Origin: Candidatus Latescibacterota bacterium
GTDB taxonomy: Bacteria > Latescibacterota > UBA2968 > UBA8231
Assembly (NCBI GenBank): GCA_965215195.1
Contig: CBDCDC010000002.1
Span: forward strand, 2,560,001-2,624,000
Direction: 5' to 3'
Length of the DNA stretch: 64,000 nt
Part shown: positions 53,501-64,000 of the stretch, in pieces
How the letters are laid out: the number at the start of each line of letters is the position of its first letter
Position numbering within the stretch: the stretch's first letter is position 1
Made by a program: the position numbers and the translations under genes
The notes under the pieces: model-generated
Told to the model about the DNA's origin: nothing
What the model saw: the letters and a program-made list of their open reading frames with translations, nothing else
Database searches by the model: none

Positions 53501-54196
53501 ATGCACGTACTAATTACCAACGCCGCCACCTCGCTCGGCCAAGCCCTAGCCGCTGGCCTCGGCGACGCGCACCAACTGCGCCTGACCGACCCCGAGCGAG
53601 GGGTCGGGATCCAGAGCGATCTGGGGCACGGCCCCGCGACCGATGCACTCGTCAAAGACATCGACGCCATCGTCCACCTCGCCTACGCGCCGCGGGCGAG
53701 CGACAGCGAGACCACTTGGCTCGATCAGAATTCGCGCTGCACCTACAACCTGCTCCTCGCCGCAGCGGACGCGGCGGTCCAGCGCGTCGTTCTCTTGAGT
53801 ACGCTCGACCTCTTCGCCCCGTACGACGAAGACATCACCGCCAACGAAAACTACAAGCCGCTGCCCTCGTGCGAGCCAGCTATCTTCGGCGCACACTTAG
53901 CCGAGTTTACGGCGCGCGAATTCGCCCACAGCCACGCGCTCCAAGTAGTAGTAGTCCGGCTCGGGGACTTGGTGCGCGCCGAGGAGGTCGCCGGGCAGCC
54001 CTACGACCCAATGTGGCTCGACGAGCGCGACGCCGCCCGAGCCGTGGGCCTGATCCTGCAAAAGGATGCTTTTGGCCCCAGATCGTACAACGCGCTGCAC
54101 GTTCAGTCCGACTCGCTCCGCGCCCGCTTCTCCATTGAGCGGGCCAAGAGCCATCTATCCTTCGCCCCCCAATACAACTTCGAGGCCAATCCATGA
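53501..54196 (+). CDS. NAD-dependent epimerase/dehydratase family protein (atypical SDR)
   Basis: MHVLIT, DAIVHLA and TYNLL.AA; degenerate Gly motif. Start ATG 53501. Confidence 0.8.
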   Translation: MHVLITNAATSLGQALAAGLGDAHQLRLTDPERGVGIQSDLGHGPATDALVKDIDAIVHLAYAPRASDSETTWLDQNSRCTYNLLLAAADAAVQRVVLLSTLDLFAPYDEDITANENYKPLPSCEPAIFGAHLAEFTAREFAHSHALQVVVVRLGDLVRAEEVAGQPYDPMWLDERDAARAVGLILQKDAFGPRSYNALHVQSDSLRARFSIERAKSHLSFAPQYNFEANP

Positions 54197-54927
54197 AAGT
54201 CCTGCTCCTCGGCGGCAACGGCTTCCTCGGCCCGCACGTGGCAGAGGAACTGCAAGACGCGTACTCGCTGCGCATCACCGACGTCGTGCCCATCGACAGC
54301 AAGCACGAGACCATGCGCGTAGATGTCTCCGACCTCGACCAAGTGCGCCGCGCCACCGAGGGTACCGACGCGACCATCAACTGCTCGGTGCTGCGGCCGC
54401 ACCGCAAGATCGCCTTTGACGTCAACGCCATTGGCACGTACAACGGCATCCGCGCCGCCGTTGAAAACGGCCATGCTCGCTTTATCAATACCGGGCCGCA
54501 CTTCACCCAAGTCGGCCCCTCGTACGAGCACTACGATTTCGACATCAATGAAGAGGTCCCCCTGCACTCCGGGCTCAACCTCTACGCCCACAGCAAGTCG
54601 GTCGGCCAAGAGATCTGCCGCGTCTTTGCCGCCAACTACCCCATCCACGTGCTCACAACCCTGTTTTTGAACTTCCGCGACGCCGTGCCCGCGCCCGATC
54701 AACTCGGCAGCGACCTCAATCCCTTCTCGGTCACCTTCCCGGACGCCGCCCGCGCCCTCCGCAAATGCTTGGAGGTCGAGTTGGAAACCCTGCCTTCGCG
54801 CTGCGAGATTTTTCACATCACCACGGACACGCCCCACGGCCGCTACAGCAACGCCAAGGCCCGGCGCCTGCTGGGCTGGGTGCCGCAAGATCTGCTCGAA
54901 GGCTACTGGCGCAAGCCTAGAACATGA
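54193..54927 (+). CDS. NAD-dependent epimerase/dehydratase (uronate dehydrogenase-like)
   Basis: GGNGFLG, YAHSK (YxxxK) and KARRLLGW.P. Confidence 0.85.
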   Translation: MKVLLLGGNGFLGPHVAEELQDAYSLRITDVVPIDSKHETMRVDVSDLDQVRRATEGTDATINCSVLRPHRKIAFDVNAIGTYNGIRAAVENGHARFINTGPHFTQVGPSYEHYDFDINEEVPLHSGLNLYAHSKSVGQEICRVFAANYPIHVLTTLFLNFRDAVPAPDQLGSDLNPFSVTFPDAARALRKCLEVELETLPSRCEIFHITTDTPHGRYSNAKARRLLGWVPQDLLEGYWRKPRT

Positions 54928-55718
54928 GCCTCAAAGAGCGCGTCTATCACTTTATCGAGCCAGACTATGAGCCGGGGCGCTTCGTCGATGTGGCCATTAT
55001 CGTCCTGATCTTGCTCAACATCGTCGCCCTGATCCTCGAAACCGTCGATCCCATCTACAACCTCAATCGCGCCGCCTTTGAACTTTTTGAGGATTGCTCC
55101 CTGACCGTGTTCGCGATTGAATACGTGGTACGCCTGTGGGCCATTACCGCCAATCCGCGGTTTTCGCGGCCCGTGACCGGGCGCATCCGCTTTGCCCTCA
55201 CGCCCCTCGCCATCATCGACCTGCTGGCCATTCTCCCCTTACTCCTGCCGCCCCCGAGCGTGGACGCACGCTTTGTCCGGGTAATACGCGTCCTGCGGAT
55301 CTTCCGCGTCCTCAAGCTGGTGCGCTACTTCCGTGCCCTGCGCTTGCTCGGCCAAGTCATCGCTGAGCGCAAAGAAGAGCTTATTAGCATCTTCTTAGTG
55401 CTCCTGATCCTATTGGCCCTCTCCTCATCGCTGATGTACTTCGTCGAGCACGAGGAACAGCCCGAGGTCTTTGCCAGCATCCCGGCCACCATGTGGTGGA
55501 GCATCGTCACCTTGACGACGGTCGGCTACGGCGACACCTATCCGATCACCGCCCTCGGCCAGACCATCGCCGCCATCATCGCCATCTTGGGGATCGGCAT
55601 GTTCGCGCTGCCGGCCGGCATTCTCGGCGCGGGATTTGTCGAGGCCCTAGCGGCTCATCGGTCAGAAGACCCGGAGCGACGCTGCCCGCACTGCGGCGAG
55701 CGGCTCGACGCGCATTAA
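54924..55718 (+). CDS. voltage-gated potassium channel / ion transporter
   Basis: Arg-rich S4 (RVIRVLRIFRVLKLVR), TTVGYGD selectivity filter and C-terminal CPHC. Confidence 0.93.
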   Translation: MSLKERVYHFIEPDYEPGRFVDVAIIVLILLNIVALILETVDPIYNLNRAAFELFEDCSLTVFAIEYVVRLWAITANPRFSRPVTGRIRFALTPLAIIDLLAILPLLLPPPSVDARFVRVIRVLRIFRVLKLVRYFRALRLLGQVIAERKEELISIFLVLLILLALSSSLMYFVEHEEQPEVFASIPATMWWSIVTLTTVGYGDTYPITALGQTIAAIIAILGIGMFALPAGILGAGFVEALAAHRSEDPERRCPHCGERLDAH

Positions 55719-55755
55719 AAAAGCGGCCGAGGCAAAAGCCCCAGCCGCTTCTCTT
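55718..55755. terminator. bidirectional terminator between convergent genes
   Basis: AAAAAAGCGGC..GGCAAAAGCC..GCCGCTTCTCTT. Confidence 0.6.
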
Positions 55756-55772
55756 AATCACCTGTCTTTCTC

Positions 55773-56048
55773 TCAGAAAAACGCGATTTTGACCAGCAGC
55801 GCCAAAATGGCGAGACCGTATCCGAACTTGACCAGCGCTAAATCGCGCTCAATTTTGGTAAAACACTCGTTAAAGCTGGCTTTCAACTCATCCAAGTCCT
55901 CTTTGGTCGCCGCCTTAAACTCGTCTAAGTCCTCTTTGGTCGCCAGCCGCTCGGCGAGGGGAATCGCCCCCGCGGCCGCCTTGGCCTTTTCTTCAGATGT
56001 TCCCGCTTCGATCAGCGCATCATAGACTTTAGCAACAATCAGACTCAT
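55773..56048 (-). CDS. DUF1640/CCDC90-like membrane-anchored coiled-coil protein
   Basis: Head YDALIEAG.SEEKA.A, LATKEDL neck, duplicated 11-aa ATKEDLDE(F/L)KA and C-terminal TM. Confidence 0.8.
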   Translation of the reverse strand: MSLIVAKVYDALIEAGTSEEKAKAAAGAIPLAERLATKEDLDEFKAATKEDLDELKASFNECFTKIERDLALVKFGYGLAILALLVKIAFF

Positions 56049-57102
56049 CGCAAGCATCGCAAGCAAGCGGCAGTTCCACCCGCCGCCCTTCGGCCATGCT
56101 GATCTGCACGGCCTCGGTAAATTCCATGTACTTAACCCCGTCGGCGAAGCTGGTGTGGGTCACGGGGCGACCGTCGCGTATGGCATCGACAAAGTCCTCT
56201 TCCACCTGCCAACCGTTGCGCGGATGCTCGGGGATGTCGAAGGGCTGGTACTCGTCGTCGCCCTCGCCGGCGGTCCATATCCCGCCGGGCGTGAGCGGCG
56301 TGCCCGCGTCCATCTTAAACGAGCCTTTGGTCCCGTAAAAGGCAAAGCCAAAGGAAGGCCCTAAGCGCGCGACGCTGCTCAGGTGATAGACTGCTGTCGC
56401 GCCGCTTTCCATCTCGGCGACAATGCCCAAGCTCTCCGGCACATCGGCCGGTGCTCTCTTTCCGGTCTCCTCGTCGAGCCGCTCGGTCGTAAACGTCTTG
56501 CCGTAGGCTATCACGGCCTTTTCGTGCCCGGCATAGCGCCGCACGGTCTCGTTGCCAATGCCCATCACCATGATGTTGTTGCCCGACAGATCGCGGCGCT
56601 GCCGCCAGTGCAACGGCGCGTCCGGGTCGTAGCTGCCGGAGAGGCCGGTGAAGTGAATCTCCAACAGGTCGCCGAAAAAACCGCTGCGCAGCTTGTCGAG
56701 CAAGATCGGCTCGGCCGACAAATAGAAGGGTGCCGGCACGATCATCGCCACCTTGTCCGTTTGCTGGGAGGCCGCGTACATCTTCCGCGCCTCGGCCAGA
56801 TTCATGCACATCCGCGCCTCGGTGAGCACGTGTTTGCCCGCTTCAAGCCCGGCCAGCGTCATCGGGCAGTGCATATAGGGCCAAGTGCCGATGCAGATCG
56901 CATCGACATCGTCACTTGCGATCAGCGCCTGCCAGTCTTCAAAAACCTGCGGGATACCGTACTCGTCGGCGATCTTTTGGCCCGATTCGCGCGAGCGGTT
57001 GCAAACGGCCACGATCTCGACCCCGTCGATACCCTGAAAACCGGGAATGTGCTGCAAGCGGGTATTGGCCCCCGCGCCTATTAGTCCTATGCGAAGCGTC
57101 AC
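56029..57102 (-). CDS. Gfo/Idh/MocA family oxidoreductase
   Basis: GLIGAG, GTWP..H and GKHVLTEARM. GTG start after AGGAGG. Confidence 0.9.
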   Translation of the reverse strand: MTLRIGLIGAGANTRLQHIPGFQGIDGVEIVAVCNRSRESGQKIADEYGIPQVFEDWQALIASDDVDAICIGTWPYMHCPMTLAGLEAGKHVLTEARMCMNLAEARKMYAASQQTDKVAMIVPAPFYLSAEPILLDKLRSGFFGDLLEIHFTGLSGSYDPDAPLHWRQRRDLSGNNIMVMGIGNETVRRYAGHEKAVIAYGKTFTTERLDEETGKRAPADVPESLGIVAEMESGATAVYHLSSVARLGPSFGFAFYGTKGSFKMDAGTPLTPGGIWTAGEGDDEYQPFDIPEHPRNGWQVEEDFVDAIRDGRPVTHTSFADGVKYMEFTEAVQISMAEGRRVELPLACDACDESDCC

Positions 57103-57141
57103 AGCCGTTTTCCTCCTGTTAATTTTAGCGGCGGATTCCAA

Positions 57142-57546
57142 TCAAAGTTTCATCACGGCGATGAGGATGCTGGTCATCGCCACCATCGTAGTAATGAGCC
57201 AAGCAAAACGAGAATCAATGCGCTTATTCGTCTCGTCAATGCGCTTATTCGTCTCGTCAATGCGCTTATTCGTCTCGTCAATACGCATGTTCGTCTCGTC
57301 AATGCGCTTATTCGTCTCGTCAATACGCGTGTTCGTCTCGTCAATGCGGTTGTGTACCAAGCCGATTTGGTGGCGCAGGTCTTGCCGCACCTCTTGGACC
57401 TCCTGCCGCATATCCTGCCGCACCTCTTGGACATCGTGGCGCAGGTCTTGCCGCAGGTCTTGGATGTCTTGGCGCAGATAAGCCACTCCCCAATGGACGT
57501 CGTCGGGCCCGGGGGAACGAGTGGGCTGAGGGCTGGCTTCCGTCAT
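57142..57546 (-). CDS. membrane-anchored coiled-coil repeat protein
   Basis: AAAGGAGA RBS; hendecad repeats, 6x IDETN(K/T/M)R heptads and a C-terminal TM. Confidence 0.85.
   Translation of the reverse strand: MTEASPQPTRSPGPDDVHWGVAYLRQDIQDLRQDLRHDVQEVRQDMRQEVQEVRQDLRHQIGLVHNRIDETNTRIDETNKRIDETNMRIDETNKRIDETNKRIDETNKRIDSRFAWLITTMVAMTSILIAVMKL
57215..57340. repeat. 21-bp tandem repeat x6 (coding VNTR)
   Basis: TCAATGCGCTTATTCGTCTCG units starting at 57215, 57236, 57257, 57278, 57299 and 57320. Confidence 0.95.
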
Positions 57547-57672
57547 GAAGTATCTCCTTTCCTAGTTTGCTTTCTCTGCGACAATATACCCGGAGGCCGC
57601 AGAAGGATCAAACGAACCTCGGCCCATGCGCACCGATGAAAAATCCGCTGACGCGCCTCCACCCGGCCCCTG

Positions 57673-59121
57673 TCAACGCCACTCGTAGAGCGACTTCCGC
57701 GCTAGCTGGTACTCATCGGGGCTGCGGTCAATGGCCGTCGCCCCGCCCGAGGCGACCTCGAGTAGGCGACCACACACCGGCTCGTACGCAGCCCGAGGCG
57801 CCACCGCCCCCTTGGCCACCAAGATGCGCTGTTGCTCGGGCTGGATCCCGGCGCAGGTAATCTGGTGGATGCTGTTGGGACAGGAGCGCACGCTGTTGAG
57901 CAAGAGCAGTCCTTTGCCGACTTGTACAACCGCGGTCGGCCCTTGGTCAAAGTAACGGCCCCCACCGTGCCGGCGCGCGCGCTCTTCGTACGACCCGTCG
58001 TGCAGCGTCCGCACCCGACCGGCGATTTCCAAGGTCGGCCCGTGCATGTCGTCGGTCTTGCCGCCTACGCGGAGCTGGACCTGTCTGCCGACGCCTGCCG
58101 CAAAACACGCCTGCGCGCTTTCGGCATCCCAAATCGACACAACCCAGCCATCCGCTCCTTGCGCGAGCAATTGCTCCAACACAAACGTCGAGTCGCCTGA
58201 CGAGCCGCCGCCGATGTTGTCGCCCATGTCGAGCAGGCACACGGGCGTCTCCTCGCTCGCCAAAGCCAACCGCACGGCCTCGGCTGGCCCGGGCACCGCG
58301 GCCTTTAGCTGGTCGCGGATGGCCCACATTTGTTCGCCCAACCGCTCGGCCTCGCACCGCGCCCTTTCTTCGTCGCCATCGGCAACCACCACCACCGATG
58401 GCCCCATATAGGGCACGTCCGCGTACTGGTAGCCCCCGGCAACGCTACATCCGAGGATCCCCGCTGCGGACTCCAACTCAATCGCCGCCTGCACGAGCGG
58501 CTGCATGGGCGCGACGCTCGTGTTGTGGAAGTAGATGTTGAAGAGCACCTCTGGTTTGACCAACGCCATCTTGGGCTGGACCTCGCCGCGAATCTGCCGC
58601 GTCAGAATGGACGCGGCCTGCAGGCCTCGTTCTCGCTGGTCGATGTGGGGATTGGTCTTGTAGATGACGAGTGCGTCGGCCGCGGCCACGAGCTCCGGGG
58701 GCACGTTGGCGTGGTAGTCGTGGGTCACGGCGATGGGCAAGTCACCCACCAGTGTGCGCACCCGGCGCACGGTCTCTCCGTCGGCTTGGGGGAATCCCTC
58801 GGCGACCATGGCCCCGTGCAGTGCCAACAGCACCCCGTCAAGCCGAGGGGCCGCCTCAAGTCCGCTGAGGATGCGCCCGATAAAGTGCTCGTATGCGACC
58901 GCGGTCACCGGGCCGCCCGGAGTCGCCGAAGCCGCTAGCAGCGGATAGAGTTCATAGCCGAACTGCTCGGCCCCGGCGATATAGCCGGCGATCTCGTGGA
59001 ATGTGTGCTCGTACTGGCCAATCACGTCCGCGCCTTCGCAGACCCCGAAATCCTCCAATTGCGTTGGCTGCGCATAGAACGAATTCGACTCGTGGGAAAA
59101 ACCTGCTATTGCAATGCGCAT
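57673..59121 (-). CDS. M81 family metallopeptidase (MlrC-like)
   Basis: HESNSF, LALHGAM, D.HAN, YKTNPHID and DNIGGG..GD. Confidence 0.92.
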   Translation of the reverse strand: MRIAIAGFSHESNSFYAQPTQLEDFGVCEGADVIGQYEHTFHEIAGYIAGAEQFGYELYPLLAASATPGGPVTAVAYEHFIGRILSGLEAAPRLDGVLLALHGAMVAEGFPQADGETVRRVRTLVGDLPIAVTHDYHANVPPELVAAADALVIYKTNPHIDQRERGLQAASILTRQIRGEVQPKMALVKPEVLFNIYFHNTSVAPMQPLVQAAIELESAAGILGCSVAGGYQYADVPYMGPSVVVVADGDEERARCEAERLGEQMWAIRDQLKAAVPGPAEAVRLALASEETPVCLLDMGDNIGGGSSGDSTFVLEQLLAQGADGWVVSIWDAESAQACFAAGVGRQVQLRVGGKTDDMHGPTLEIAGRVRTLHDGSYEERARRHGGGRYFDQGPTAVVQVGKGLLLLNSVRSCPNSIHQITCAGIQPEQQRILVAKGAVAPRAAYEPVCGRLLEVASGGATAIDRSPDEYQLARKSLYEWR

Positions 59122-59191
59122 TAGTCCCCCCTTTCTAGCGAACAGATTGCTCCGTTGCTTCGCTTGCAGTAGAATCTAGTGGTTGCTCAAC

Positions 59192-59235
59192 GTCATTACC
59201 GCACTTCACCTTGCGGAAGTCGGCGTGACATCCAG
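59192..59235 (+). repeat. solo copy of the GTCATW...ATCCAG repeat family
   Basis: GTCATTACC-GCA-CTTCACC-N11-GGCGTGACATCCAG matches the reverse complement of 41079-41129 in three blocks. Confidence 0.75.
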
Positions 59236-59278
59236 ACAAAAAATCAAAAAACAATGGCCAATTCTTTTCCAAACGCTT

Positions 59279-62747
<3,469 letters not shown>

Positions 62748-62916
62748 TCTCAGCGGGCGCTCGTAACGGTGTGAGCATCTGAGGAGTTGAGTAGGCGCAG
62801 ACTGTAGGGCATCAGGCGACGCATCCCGCCTCTCCCCTCGCCGCCTTGTGTGCGACCGGGGAAGAGTGGACCCTCACCAGCCAAGCACGATAGCCGGCGT
62901 ACCATTGTCGGACTTA

Positions 62917-63057
62917 GAAGCTATTGAGTTATTTGGAATAATCTACGGAGAGGAGCTGATTTCAGCCGTATAAGCTCCATTTTGAAGGTCCGCCGGGCGC
63001 TGAAAGCCCCGTAAAATCGCCTGATTTTGCCGATATTCGTTTTAACTCAACAGCTTC
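62917..63057. mobile_element. 141-bp MITE with 15-bp TIRs and TTA target-site duplication
   Basis: GAAGCTATTGAGTTA ... TAACTCAACAGCTTC (14/15 match), flanked by TTA at 62914-62916 and 63058-63060; no ORF. Confidence 0.75.
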
Positions 63058-63293
63058 TTAGCGATCGGCGTTCCAGAAGTAGCTCGTCGACCGCGAACTA
63101 TAGGCTGTCGATATGGTGTGCGGCCGGCCCGGCTGCTATTCGGTAGCGTGAAGAGTGGCGCTAAAATGGTCGAATGCGGTATTATTCATCCACGGGCGAC
63201 TACCTGCGAACGGAAATTAGCTCCGCGTTCCGCGTCTCATCCAGAACGCGGAATTCTTTGGCGGCCCCGAGGTCGCGCTCTTCGAGTCCCACT

Positions 63294-64000
63294 ATGGCCC
63301 ATCGTCCCCGCATCCTCTTCCTCGCCCGTCGCTACCCGCCCACCATCGGCGGCATCCAGACTCACTGTCACGCGCTCCACGCCCAGCTCGTTCAACAGGC
63401 CCAAGTCCGTCTCGTCGCGCTGGGCCGCCAGTCGCTTTTGCACCTGACTTGGTTCCTCCCCTATTGCTTTGTGGTCGCCTTTTGGGCCGTGCTCTGCCGC
63501 CGCGTCGATGCCATCTACTTCGCCGACGGGGTCGCCGCGGCGCTGGCCCCGCTCTTGCGCCCTTTGGGGCCGGCGCGATTCGTAACCACCGTCTATGGCC
63601 TCGAAATGACGTACAAAAATCCCCTCGCACGTGCGCTGATGCAGTGGGGAGTCCGCGCCTGCGACAAGGTCGTCGTCATCAGCGAACACAGCCGCCGCAT
63701 TACCGCTGCGAGCGGCGTCCCCGAGGCCAAGTTGGAAATCATTTATCTAGGGGTTGAACCGCTGGAGTTGGCACCAGACGAGTTGGCAGCGGTCAAAGTG
63801 CGCTTTGAGGAGGAACACGGGCTGCGCTTTGGCCAAGACCGCATCCTGCTGCTTTTCGGCCGCCAAGTCCCCCGCAAGGGCATGGTCGAATTTTTGGCAA
63901 AGGGTATGCCCCTGCTCGACGCGGACATTCGCCTCTTGATTTGCGGTCCTCCTGCAAGCGAAACCGCGCGCTTGCAGGCGCGCCGCCGCGAACTAGGCCT
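63294..64000 (+). CDS. glycosyltransferase family 4 (partial, runs off window)
   Basis: MAHRPRILFLARRYPPTIGGIQTH...TVYGLE...VISEHSR...FGRQVPRKG; open to the window end, so absent from the ORF track. Confidence 0.88.
   Translation, partial: MAHRPRILFLARRYPPTIGGIQTHCHALHAQLVQQAQVRLVALGRQSLLHLTWFLPYCFVVAFWAVLCRRVDAIYFADGVAAALAPLLRPLGPARFVTTVYGLEMTYKNPLARALMQWGVRACDKVVVISEHSRRITAASGVPEAKLEIIYLGVEPLELAPDELAAVKVRFEEEHGLRFGQDRILLLFGRQVPRKGMVEFLAKGMPLLDADIRLLICGPPASETARLQARRRELG

Noticed and set aside
57215-57340. 21-bp repeats considered as a CRISPR array
   Set aside because: Head-to-tail with no spacers, in-frame coding heptads, and no cas genes nearby.
62748-63293. Searched for tRNA-Sec or another ncRNA near selD/katG
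   Set aside because: No TCA-anticodon cloverleaf seen; only weak hairpins and the MITE.

Overview
This is a GC-rich bacterial chromosome segment from a diderm. The FlgD-like/'NYPNPFNP' C-terminal domains, McsAB-ClpC next to Lol/Bam genes, and small coiled-coil repeat genes suggest an FCB-related lineage such as Ca. Latescibacterota; that placement is inference, not a database result. Bases 1-4.4 kb hold a minus-strand rRNA operon (16S, tRNA-Ile, partial 23S). From 4.4 to 46 kb almost all genes are on the minus strand: pyrB, fabZ, skp, bamA, clpC, mcsB, mcsA, lolD, lolC/E, prfB (programmed +1 frameshift), an S8 protease, lolA, ftsK, tsaD, cdaR-like, moaDE, two large secreted cohesin/dockerin-like CTD proteins, YfhO, a GT4 and hisGDB. 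The rest includes TPR, rdgB, a heterodimeric ABC exporter, guaB, epimerases, a K+ channel, an M81 peptidase, selD, katG and a partial GT4. The main signals missed by the ORF track are: (1) two UGA-recoded selenoproteins, a SelW/Rdx protein (CxxU, 46185-46418) and a Sec-containing SelD (CGGU), each with a candidate SECIS hairpin; (2) a REP/MITE family (GTCATW-hairpin-ATCCAG) with copies at 40.9-41.1 kb and just upstream of selD; (3) a 141-bp MITE with TTA target duplication; (4) a secreted cohesin/dockerin/CTD gene pair with a perfect sigma70 promoter, a structured 5' leader and twin 3' hairpins; (5) three dispersed short coiled-coil repeat genes. No CRISPR array, transposase or tRNA-Sec was seen.
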